A DNA stretch of 61,722 nt, the filler included, from Chiloscyllium plagiosum (Eukaryota): assembly GCF_004010195.1 (NCBI RefSeq). It is 5 parts of one record of this genome, joined end to end, with 100 filler letters (N's around TTAATTAATTAA, not from the genome) between each part and the next. Parts side by side here need not be neighbours in the genome. Positions count along the whole stretch, not along the records: positions 27,788 to 44,809 come from NC_057717.1; positions 44,910 to 57,209 come from NC_057717.1; 3 more parts are not named here. One strand, written 5' to 3'. This document shows, in pieces, positions 36,162-48,000 of this stretch. Numbering within the stretch: the first letter of the stretch is position 1; every line of letters begins with the position of its first letter. The position numbers and the translations under genes were made by a program. The notes below the pieces were generated by a model, which saw only the letters and a program-made list of their open reading frames with translations, was not told the DNA's origin and did no database searches.

Positions 36162-37284
36162 TTATTCTATTTTGAGGAAAAGACAAAAGAGCAGAAAATG
36201 ATTTAAATGCAAGGACAATGCCGACCTCAGTGGTACCGAGGGATTTGTGTGTTCTTACACATTACTCACATCAAATTACACTGAAGATACAGCAAATGAT
36301 ATGGAAGGTACATGGAATGATTCTGTTTCGTGCAAGGTGTGTTGGGATGATCCTAGCGATGTGTTTCTGCATCAGTAAGTTGCAAAGGCTTGGCTGAGAT
36401 CACATCTGAAGTATTTATAATTGCCTAAACTGAAAAAAAAACAAAATTGCTTTCGAAACGTTTCAAAGTTTTTTTCTCTTTCCTCATTTTTGGGATGAAG
36501 GCATTACGTTATGAAGCATTAACAGTTCAGCCTGAGAATGAGGTTTGTTGTATTGACCATATAAGCTCTTGAGAAGAGTATAGTTGGTGAATACCGGATG
36601 GATATTTCTTCTTGTGTGGGAGAATAAAACTGGGGAATTAATTTCAGAATAAATCAGTTTGAAAGGAAAGGTCATTGGACTGAATTCTGATTTCTCTTCA
36701 TACATGCTGCAAGACAGGCTGAGCTTTTCCAGTAATTTCTGTATTTGTTTAAGAATAATACGTATTCATCTTAACACAGATATTGTGAAGACATGAAACG
36801 CTTATTTTTACATAATGCAGGCACCTATTAACAGATCTTCAAAACAAGTAGGGCCATTTATTGTTAATGAATTTATTATGCGTACGACAACAGCAATAAT
36901 GCACTGTCCTGGAGTCGTGAATGTGATGGTGTCATATAGTTCGGACAATGTTCAAGGAGAGAGCACATGGTACAGTTTGGGGTCTGATAACGATATTGAT
37001 TTAACTTAGAGATGGAAAAAATGTAGTCTATCTGTGAAGGCACAATCTATTGCTCCCTTTCTGTTTCCCTGCCGCTCACCACAGCAACATGTGGGAGTAA
37101 AAAAAAATAGTCGCCTTTCCCATTCATGGAGGATTCCTGATGAGGATTCATTGGAAACTCCCCACTACCTGAAGCAAAGCAATTCAGCCAAATCCAACTG
37201 TTTCAGGAAGAGATCCCATTGTCCGAAAGTTGTGCGAGCAGAATAACTTCAGAAGTATTTATTCAGACTCGATAGTGAGGGTGA

Positions 37285-40200
37285 CAGACAAGAGATTCTG
37301 TGTCTGCAAATGGGAATCCAGGATGGGTGTGTAGCCTCCCATGTGCCAGGGTCCAGAATATCGCAGAGCGGCTGTACAACGTTCTCACCGGGGTGGGGGA
37401 GCAGCCAGAAATCATTGTGCACGTTAGTACAAATGTCACAGGTAGAAACAATGATGAGGTCCAGAGTGATTTTAGAGAGCTAAGAAAAAGAGTAAAAGAC
37501 AGGACCACGACAGTGGTAATATCCAGTTTACTTCCAGTGCTCCGTGCTACTGAGGGTGAGAACAGGAGGATATGGCAAATGAATGGGTGGTTTAAGAATT
37601 GGTGCAGGGGGCACAGATTTAGATTATTGGATCACTAGGATCTTTTGTGGGGCAGAGGTGTTCTGTTCGGGAAGGACTGGTTGTACCTGATCTGGAAGAG
37701 GACCAATATCCTGGCAGGCAGGTTTGCTAGTGCTACAACGGAGGGTATCAACGAGTTTGGCTGGGGTTGGGGAGGCAAGTATGAGACTGGAAAGAGATAC
37801 AGTAATCAGAAACAGTAAAGTGAAGAGACAGGTTAGGCTGGAACATGACAGGCCGCAAGGAATGCCTGTTGGATTAAATTGCAACTGTTTCAATGCAAGA
37901 TGGCTGACAGGTAAGGCGGATGAAGTCAGAATGTGAATAGTTATGTGGGACTGGGATATTATAGCCATTACAGAAACATGGCTAAGGGAGGGACAGGACT
38001 GGCAGCTTAATGTACCAGGGAACAGGTGCTTTATGCAGGACAGAGATGGTGGAAGGAGGGAACGGAGAGTTACATTTTGATTGAGGCGAGTATCACAGCA
38101 GTAATCAGAGATAAAATAATTGATGGATCATCCAATGAGGATTTGTGGGTGGAGTTAAGAAGTAAGAAGGGAATAGTGATAGTATTTGGGTTATTCTAGA
38201 GGCCCCCAAATAGTAAACGGGGAATTAGAGGAATAAAAATATGTAAAGAGATTGGGGAGACTTGCAGGGTCAATAGGATTGCCATAGTAGGAGATTTTAA
38301 TTTTCCTAACATAGATTTGGAATGATATAGAATTAAGGACTAGATGGGCTGTATCTATTAAGTGTGCTCAGAAAAGTTTCCTCAAGCAGTAAGTAGAGGG
38401 TGCAACTCGGGAAGGACGAAAATTGACCTACTCTAAAAACTAGTGCAGGACAGGTGACTGAGGTGACAGTGGGGGAGAGCTCTGGGACCAGTGACTATAG
38501 ATGAAATAATTTTAAAGTAGTTACGGAGAAGGACAAATCTGGTCCACATGTTCATGTTCTAAATTCGGGCAAGGCGAACTTTGATGGGGTTAGACAGGAG
38601 CTTGCAGGGGTTGGTTGGAGGAGTTTGTTTGCAGGCGAAAGGACTTCTGGCAAGTGGAAGGCCTTTAAAAGTGAAATGTCTATAGTTCAAGGTCGATATG
38701 TTCCTGTGAGGGTGAAAGGCAAGGTTGGGAGGAATAGGGCACCCTAGATGTCAGGAGATATTGAGGCTTTGACCAGCAAAAAGGAGGCGTGGCTCAGATC
38801 TATGCAGCTGGCATCAAGGGAATCTGTGGCGGTGTGCAGGGGATACAGGAGTTTACTGAAGATGGAAATCAGAAGGCCGAAAAGGGGGCACAAGATAGCC
38901 TTGCCTGAGAAAATTAGGGTGAATACAAAGACGTTATTTAAGTATATTAAAGTAAAAGGAATAACTAAATGAGAATATGACCCCTCAAGGTCCAAAGTGG
39001 ACATGCATGTCTGGAACCGTAGGAGATTTGCGTGATTCTCAATGAATATTTCTCCTAAGTCGTTACGGTGGCAAAATACATGAAGACTTGGGAGCTGAAC
39101 AAAGATCGTGATGTTATCTTGGGGTGAGTCAATATCACAGGAGAGGACGTGTTGGATGTATTAGAATGTATGAAGGTGGATAAATCTCCTGATCCTAAGC
39201 AGATGTATCCAAGAACACTGCAAGAGGCTACAGATGATATTGCGGGGACCTGATTGATATTTTTGCATCATCGTTAGCCACAGGTTAGGTTCCAGAAGAT
39301 TGAAGGGTAGCAAATGTTGTGCCATTATTCAGGAAGGGAAGTAAATAAACATCTGGGACTATAGGCCAGGAAGTCTAACATGTGTGGTACGTCGGTTACT
39401 TGAGAAGACTCTGAGGGCTAAGATACACATGCATTTGGAAAGACAGCGTTTGATTAGAAATTGCTTTTTTTTCAGATTCTCTACAGTATGGAAACAGGCC
39501 ATTTGGCTCAACAAGGCCACACCGACCCTCCAAACAGTAACCCGCCCAGTCCCATTCCCCTACCCTATATTTACCCCTGACGAATGCACATAACACTATG
39601 GGTAACTTAGCATGGCCAATACACTTAACCTGTACATCTTTGAATTGTGGGAGGAAAATGAAGCACCCGGAGGAAACCCACACAAACACAGGGAGAATGT
39701 GCAAACTCCACACAGAGAGTCTCCCGAAGCCGGGATCAAGCCCAGGTCCATGGGACTACGAGGCAGCAGTGAGCTACCATGCCACACTTGCTTGCTGTCA
39801 GCACAGTTCAAAGACATAGGTACAAAATCTATTCTGCCCTTTACCCATGATGCAAGATCCAATAAAACATACCATGGATAGTTTATTCTCCACTGAAAAT
39901 GTCATATTATTATTAATTATTATTGATTGTTATTATTAATTTTAATAATTATTATTAATTGTTGTTTTTAGACTGAACGGATTGCATGGCTTTGTGAGTG
40001 GGAGATCACGCCTCACAAATTTGTTTGAGTTCATTGATGAAGTGACTACTAATGTTGATGAGGGCAGGGCGGTAAATGTAGTCTGCATGTTTTCCAGTAA
40101 GGCCTTTGACAAGATCACCATTGATAGGTTGTTAGGGAAGGTTAGAATCGCATGGAATCCAGCGGGAGCTAGCAAATTGGATACACTATTGGCTTGATGC

Positions 40201-41220
40201 TAGTAGGCAGAGCGTAATAGTGGAAGGATGCTCTTGGACTGGAGGCCTGAGGCACATGACGTTCCTCTGGGGTCAGTGCTGTGTTAATTGCTGTTTATTA
40301 TCTATGTCAATTATATTCTTGAGAATGTACAAGGCATGAATAGTAAATTTGTAGATGATACTAAAATAGGTGGTATCATGAACAGTGAGGAAGTATATCA
40401 GAAATTGCAGCACGATCTTGATCAACTGGAGACGTGGGCCGAGGAATATTTTTGCTAAGTTAGGTCAAGGTAGGAGTTTCATGGTAAATGGTAGGACCTT
40501 AAGGAGTGCAGTTGAGCAGAGGGAACATGAAGTTCAGGTACACCATACTCTGAAATTGGAGTCACAGGTGGACATGGCAGTGAAGAATACTTTTGGCACA
40601 CTGGCATTCATCAGTCAGGACATGTAGGAGAAAATTGGGATTCAATGTTGCAGTTATACAGGATGTTGGTGAGGATGCAGTTGTAGTGTTGTGTTCAGTT
40701 TTGGTCACATTGCGTTCAGAAGGATATTTTTAAATTGGAATGTGTGCAGACGGAATTTACAAAGATGTTGCCAGGACTCTGCAGTGTGACTTATAGGGAG
40801 AGGTAGGACAAGCGAGAACTTTTTTCTTTAGAGTGTAGTAGACTCAGCGGGATCCATTAGAAGTGCACAAGATTATGACAGGCATGGATAGGGTGAATGG
40901 ACTCAACCTATTTTCCCAGAGTTGTGGAATTGAGGACGAGAGGACATCAGTTTAAGGTGAGAGGGGAAAGAATAAAGGGAAACCGATGGAAACTGTTTTA
41001 CACAGTGAATGGTACGAAAAGGCAATGAGCTGCCAGCGGAAGTGGTTGAAGCATTTATATTAACAATATTAAACGGTATTTGGACATTAACATGGGCAGG
41101 AAAGGAAGAGATGTTTATCGGTCAAGTGCTGGAAAATGGGGTTAGTGTGAATGTACATTTGAATCGGCATGGACCCGTTTGGGCCAAAGGGACTCTCTCC
41201 ATGCTGTACGACTTGATTAC
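37285..41220 (+). mobile_element. Near full-length degenerate CR1 LINE (counterpart of 15600-19330)
   Basis: ORF 37300-37638 esterase-like ORF1 (VCSLPCARV..PEIIVHVSTN), endonuclease from ~37870, RT ORFs 39982-40627. Confidence 0.92.
39474..39787 (-). mobile_element. HE1-like SINE inserted in CR1 (counterpart of 16816-17115)
   Basis: Same insertion point in the LINE as in arm 1. Confidence 0.9.
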
Positions 41221-41599
41221 TCTATAAATAGAACAGTATTTGGGTCAAACTCTCGCTTTTCATTTGGTCATGAGTTCGAATAATATTTGGACAAAGTTCT
41301 TTCAAGTCAACTTTGCAGATATTTTGCTTTTCAGTTTGTTATCAAACGTGTGCGTGTGTGTGTTTGTGTGTGTGTGTTCCACAGTATTTTCCAAAGCAAA
41401 ATATCAATGTACATATTTGCAAATCCTCTCGTCATTCTTGTTTCCATCATAGTTTGAGGAAGTTTGCGTTTGTCATGAACGTATTGTTTTAGCAGATTAA
41501 AGAAATCCATCTGACTTGTTCCTAACACTGACCCTGACACACTCTGAGAAATATATCCTTGTCCACATCACCATTCTGGTTATATTTTTTTGTGGAGGA

Positions 41600-42990
41600 G
41601 TGGGACTAGAAAAGGGAACCGCCATCCATAAGGACATGAAATTATAGACTTAGTGAGCCGAACGTCAGTGTAGAGGAGTTTGTTGGAGGGGATTCTGAGG
41701 AATAGGAATTACATCCATTTAGAAAGACAAGGACTGATTAGGGATTGTCAACATGGCTTAGAGTGATGAAAATCATGTCTCATTGATGTGTTTGAATATT
41801 TTAAAGAGGTGACAAAGAAGACTGAAGAAGGCACTGTTGTAATATTGTTTACACAGACTTCAGCAAGGTGTTTAATAAGGATCTCCATCGGCGACAGGTT
41901 ACTAAGGTTAGGTCACAAGGAATCCAAGGAAAGATAACCAATTGGATACAACATTGTCCTGAAGGTAACGGATTGTTTTCCAAATTGGAGTCCTGTTGCC
42001 AGCGGTGTGCTGAAAGAATCAGTGCTGAACTCATTGCTTTTCATCATGGATATAAACGACTTGGATGGGAATATCGGAGGCATGGTTAGTAAGTTTACAG
42101 ACAACATCAAAATCATGGTGCAGTGGACAGTGAAGAAGATTATCTCAGAGTTCAACGGCACCATTGATCATCAAAGGGCCAAGGACTGGCAGATAATGTT
42201 TAATTTAGATATTTGTGAGGTTTTGCATTTTGGTAAGTTAAAGCAGGGTCGTAACCTTGGGAATGTTGCTGAACCAAGTGACCTAAGGGTGCAGGTTCAT
42301 ATTTCCTTGAAAGTTTAGTTACAGGTAGACAGGGTAGTGAACAATGCAGTTGGCATGCTTGCCTGAATCCGTCAGAACATTGAGTATAGAAGTTGGGGTG
42401 GCATGTTGCGCTTGCACAGGGATGCATGTGAGGCCACATAAGAATACTGCGTACAATTTGGCTGGCTCTGCTAAAGGATTAATGTTGTTAAGCTTGAAAG
42501 GGTACAGAAAAGATTTATAATGGTTTTCTGGAACCTGAAGGTTTCATCGACAGGGAGAGGATGAACAGGTTGAGGCTTTTCCCCCTGGACTGTCGGATGC
42601 TGAGGGGTGACATGACAGTGGTTTATAAAATCATAATGGGTATGGATAGCCTGAATGGCCAAGGTCATTTCCCCAGGGCCGGGGAGTCCACAAGTAGTGT
42701 CATAGGTTGAAGTTGATGGGGAAAAGATTTATAAGGGACCTTAGGGGTAACTTTTTTCATGCAGAGAGTGGTGCATGTATGGAAAGTGCTGTCAGAGAAA
42801 GTGATGGAAGCGGGTACACTTACATGTTTAAATGTATCTGGACAGGTGAACAGGTACATCAATAGGAATGGTTCAGAGCGATATGAGTTAAATGCTGGCA
42901 AGTGGGACTAGATCAGATTGTGATATCTGGTCAGCACGGACAAGCTGGAATAAAGGATCTGTTTCCACGCTGCATGACTCTCTGATTGAA
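41600..42990 (+). mobile_element. CR1 LINE RT to 3' end
   Basis: ORF 42007-42318 (INDLD..SKFTDNIK..WQIMFNLDICEVLHFG) and a CR1 3' UTR. Confidence 0.88.
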
Positions 42991-43699
42991 TAAGAGGGAT
43001 GAGGAAACATTCTCAAAAGGACCATTCAATTGAAAAGTCTCTTTGCCAGAAGTTTGAGGTGCCTCTCTGATTACGAGAATTCAAAGCTGATATAGTTAAA
43101 TATTTGCAGAGAAGTGAGTCACGGATAATGGAATGCAGACATTAAAGTAGGGTTGACAACACAACACAATCTCAGTGCCTCGTGGAAAACGCTCGAAGTA
43201 TCTCATGACCCACTCCTGTTCCTCAGTCCCATTTTTCTGTGTTCCATTCATCCCCTAAAACCTGCTAGACAGGACTAGTTGGAGACCACTTGCTGTTATA
43301 AACTGGTGCCAGAGACAGAAGCTACCATTCAGTCCCTTAATTTATTGGTCATGTTGCAGACTCAGAGTCATTGTGAATAAAGCCCCCATACCTCACCCAG
43401 AGATGGCTCACAAAATTCTCTGGTCTCCCAGGCCACAACATTCAAACAGACCTTCCAGGAAAATAGCACCCACTAACGTTCCAATAACAGAATGTGACCA
43501 CATCAGAAAAAAGAGCATGTTGTTCACCCCCCGACCTCCACCCCCACCCACGCCTGCCTTGCCCTTCAATAAGATCGTGGCTGATATGCTGTTAGTCTCA
43601 AATCCTCTTTAAAGTCCAAACCTTCATAACTCTTAACTCTCTGACAGGTCAAAATCCATCTCCAACCTCTACAAACACATCCATCGAACACAGATCATT

Positions 43700-44680
43700 G
43701 AACAGTACAGCACAGTAGAGGCCCTCGACCCTTGATGTTGTACCACCCGTTTGTCCTAGTCTTCGATCAGACTCACCTACATTCTTCCGTGCACTTTCTT
43801 CCAAGTGCCTATCCAAGAGTCTCCCAAGTTTCCCTCACGTATTTGACTGTACACCCACCACTCTCTGTATGAAAAAAAAACTATCGCTGACATCTCCCCG
43901 AAACCTTCCTTTAATTACCTTAAAATTATGACCCCTGTTGATAGACATTTCTGCCCTGGTGAAAAGTCTCTGGCTATTCACTCTCTCTATACCTCTCAAT
44001 TCCTTTCACATCTCTATCAAGTCACCTCTCATTCTTCTTAATGCAAATGAGAAAAGCCCTAGCTCCCTCAACTTTTCTTCATAAGACCTGCCCTCCAGTC
44101 CAGTCAGCATTCTGGTAAATTTACTCTGCACCCTTTCTAAAGCTTCCACATCCTTCCTATAATGGGGTGACCAGAAGTGAACAAAATACACCAGGTGCGG
44201 TGTAATCAGGGCTCTAAGGAGCTGCAGCATAACCACACGGCTCTTAAAGTCAATCTCCCTTCTAATGAAAGCTAAAACACCATTCGCCTCCTTAACAATC
44301 CTATCAATTTAGGTAGCAACTTTGAGGTACCTATGGACATGGACGCCAAAATCCCTCTGTTCTTCCACACTGCCAAGAACCCTGCCTATAACCCTATATT
44401 TTGCAAATTTGAGTTTTCAAAGGGAATTATTTCATGCTTTTCCAGCTTGAAATCCATCTGCCACTTCTTAGCCCAGCTCTGCATTATCTCAATGTCCTGT
44501 TGCAACCTAAAAAAGCCCTGCAAACACCCATGTACCACTTTACAAACCTTCATGTCATCGGCAAACTTATCAACCCACCCTTCTGCTTCCTCATCCAAGT
44601 CAGTTATAAAAATCACAAAGAGAAGAGGTCCCAGAACTGATCCCTGCGGGACACCACTGATCGCTTTCAGTGATCTAGCT
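43700..44680 (-). mobile_element. CR1 LINE RT to 3' end (counterpart of 14290-15106)
   Basis: ORFs 44006-44236 and 44386-44616 (KFADDMK). Confidence 0.9.
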
Positions 44681-44809
44681 CCCCAACTCTCTGTGCAAGA
44701 AAATTCCTGACATTCACTATCCTCTGTTTGAAGAAAACATTCTCTGCTTCTACACCATGACCTATTGATATGAACAAAAGAGGAAACACGAGTGATTGGA
44801 CAGAACTCA

Positions 44810-44909
44810 NNNNNNNNNNNNNNNNNNNNNNNNNNNNNNNNNNNNNNNNNNNNTTAATTAATTAANNNNNNNNNNNNNNNNNNNNNNNNNNNNNNNNNNN
44901 NNNNNNNNN
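44810..44909. other. Artificial contig-join linker
   Basis: 44N + TTAATTAATTAA + 44N. Confidence 0.95.
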
Positions 44910-45019
44910 AGGCACCCTCCTTTGAAATTGATGCCATGTTCCTAACCTCCCTACACTCCAGGCCCTGCACCCTGAAGCTACAATCTGGTTCCCATGCCCC
45001 TGCAGACAGTTTTGAGACA

Positions 45020-48000
45020 GCTTCTGTTACAACAGGGGAATTGAAGACTGGGACCAAGGAATGTATGTAATTTTAGGGTTTGAAATTGAGAATGTTGTCA
45101 GGGAGCATCTGTAACTCAAAGGGAAATGGAGTCTGGTGTCAGGGAGTGTCTGTAACTTCAGGGGAAATTGAGGGTTGGTTCAGGGACTGTCTGTAAATGG
45201 AGGAATTGAATTGGAGACTGGGCCCATGGAGTGCCTGTAACTTGAGGGGAAATGGAAACTGGGATTGGGAGCATGTGTAACCTCTGAAATGGAGGCAAGA
45301 GTCTGGGAGCATGTGTATCTGCAATTCTTGAAATGGAGACTGGGGTCAGGGAGCATCTGTAACCTTGAAAAACACAGGCTGGGGTCAGTGTGTGTCTATA
45401 ACTTCAGGGGAATTGGAGCGTGGGGTTAGGTAGCATGTGTGACTTCAGGGATACAGAGCCTGTGGTCAGGAAACATCTGTAACGACAGGTGAAATGGAGG
45501 CTGTGTTCAGGGAGTCTGTAACCTCGGGAAATAGAAACTGGCATCAGACAGCGTCTGTAACTTCAGAAGAAGTGGAAACTGGGGTAAGGCAGCGTGTGTA
45601 ACCTCAGGGGAACTGGAGTCTGGGTGCAACTGTAACATAAGGTGAAGTGGAGGCTGGGGTTGGGAACATCAGTAGCTTCTGGGGAAATGGAGACTGCGGT
45701 CAGGAAGCATTTAACTTTAGCAGAAGTGGACACTGGTGTCAGGGTGTGTCTGTGACTTCAAGGGAATGGAGGCTTTGGTCAGGGATCAACCGTAACTTCC
45801 GGGGAAATGCAGACTGCAGTCAGGGAGCATCTGATCCTTCAGTGCTAATGGAGAGTAGGGTCAGGGAACATCTGTTCCTTTGGGAGAAATGGAACCTAGC
45901 GTCAGGGAGTGTCTGTAATTTCAGAGAAAATAGACATTGGGGTCAGGGGCCATCTGTAACTTCAGGGGAAATGGAGACTGGGTCAGGGAGCATTTGCAAC
46001 TTCAGGGAAGTGGAGACTGGGGTCAGGGAGCATCTGTTTCTTCTGTAGAAATGGAGCCTGTGGTCAGCAAGTGTCTGTAACATCAGGGGAAATGGAAACT
46101 GGGGTCAGGGAGCATCGGTAAGTCAATGGGAAATGGAGACGAGGATCAGTGAGCGTCAGTAACTTCAGGGGAAATGGAAGCTTGGGTCAGGAAGCCTCTA
46201 ACTTCAAGGGAAACTGGGAGTGGGGTCACGGAGCATCTGGAACTCCAGGGGAAATGATGACTATGGTCAAGGAATGTCTGTGACTTCAGGGTTTGAAAAG
46301 GAACCTGGGGTTAGGGAGCGTCTGTGACTTTATGGTTTGAAACGGAGGCTGGGGTCATGGAGCATGTGTAACATCAGGGAAAGTGAGATTGGGGTCAGGG
46401 AGAGTCAGTAATATCCATGGAAATGGAGCCTGGGGTCAAGAGTGTCTGTAAACTTCATGGAAATGAAGCCTATGTAACTACAGGGTAAATGGAGACGTGG
46501 GTCAGGGAGCATCTGTAACTTCAGAGGAAATGGAAATTGGGGTCAGGGAGTGTCTAACTTCAGGGTGAATGGAGCTGGGGGGTCAGGGAGCGTCCCTAAC
46601 TGCAGTTTTTGAAATGGAGACTGCGGTCAGGGAGCGCCTGTAATCTCAGTGGAAATAGAAATTGGCATCAGACATTGTCTAACTTCAGAAGAAATGGAAA
46701 CTGGGGTCAGGAAGCATCTTTAGCTTCGAGGGATATGGAGGCCAAGGTCAGGAAGCATGTGTAACTTTAGTTGAGGTGGAGACTGGGGTCAGTGTGTGTC
46801 TGTAATTTCAGGAAAATGGAGACTGGGGTCAGCAAGGGTCTGTACCTTCAGGGGAAATGGAGCCTGTGGTCAAGGAGCATCTGCATTTTCAGGGGAATGG
46901 GGTAAGGGAGCATCTGTAACTATAGGGGAAATGGGGATTGAGTTCAGGCAGAGTCTATAACTTTAGGGGAAATGGAGTCTCTGGTCAGGGAACGTCTGTA
47001 TCTCAGGAGAAATGGACCCTGGGGTCAGGCAGCTTATGTAACTTCAGGGGAAACGAGGAGTGGGGTCAGGGAGCACCTGTAACTTCAGGGTCTGAAATGG
47101 ACACTTGGTTCATGGAGCGTCTCTAACTGCAGTTTCTGAAATGGAGACTGGGATCAGGGAGCTTCTGTAACCCCAGTGGAAATAGAAATTGGCATCAGAC
47201 AATGTTTGTCACTTCAGAAAAAATGGAAACTGGGGTCAGGGAGCGCCTGTAACTTGAGGGGAAATGGAAACTGGGATAGGGAGCATGTGTAACTTGGTGA
47301 AATGAAGGGTGGTGTCTGGGAATTCCTTCATTCAGAAGAATTGGTGGCGTGGTTCAGGGAGCGTCTGTAACAGTAATTCTTGAGATGGCTACTGGCATCA
47401 GGGAGCATCTGTAACCCCAGGGGATACGGAGGCTGGGGTCAGTGTGTGTCTATAACTTCAGGGGAGTTGGAGCATGGGGTTAGGCTGCGTGTGTCACTTC
47501 AGGAAAACAGAGCCTGTGGTCAGGAAACGTCTGTAACGACAGGTGAAATGGAGGCTGGGTTCAGGGAATGTCTGTATCCTCGGGGAAATAGAAACTCACA
47601 TCAGACAGCATCTGTAACTTCAGAAGAAGTGGAAACTGGAGTCAGGGAGCGTGTGTAATCTCGGGAACTGGAGTCTGGGGTCTGGGTGTGACTGTAATGT
47701 CAGGTGAAGTGGACGCTGGGGTGAGGGACATCAGCAACTTCTGGGGAAATGGAGACTGCGGTCAGGGAGCACATATAACTTCGCCAGAAATAGACACTGG
47801 TGTCAGGGAGTGGCTGTGACTTCAAGGGAATGGAGGCTTTGGTCAGGGAATGTCTGTAACTTCCAGGGAAATGCAGACTGCAGTCAGGCAGCATCTGATC
47901 TTTCCGTGCTAATGGAGACTGGGGTCAGGGAGCCCCTGTAACTTCAGGGGAAATGGAGACTGTGTCAGGAAGCATTTGCAACTTCAGGGAAGTGGAGACT

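Larger units (their letters stand above)
31916..44809 (-). repeat. Segmental duplication, arm 2
   Basis: Reverse complement of 14140-24835, with extra sequence at 41729-43847 and ~36055-36280. Both ends are truncated by N gaps. Confidence 0.92.
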
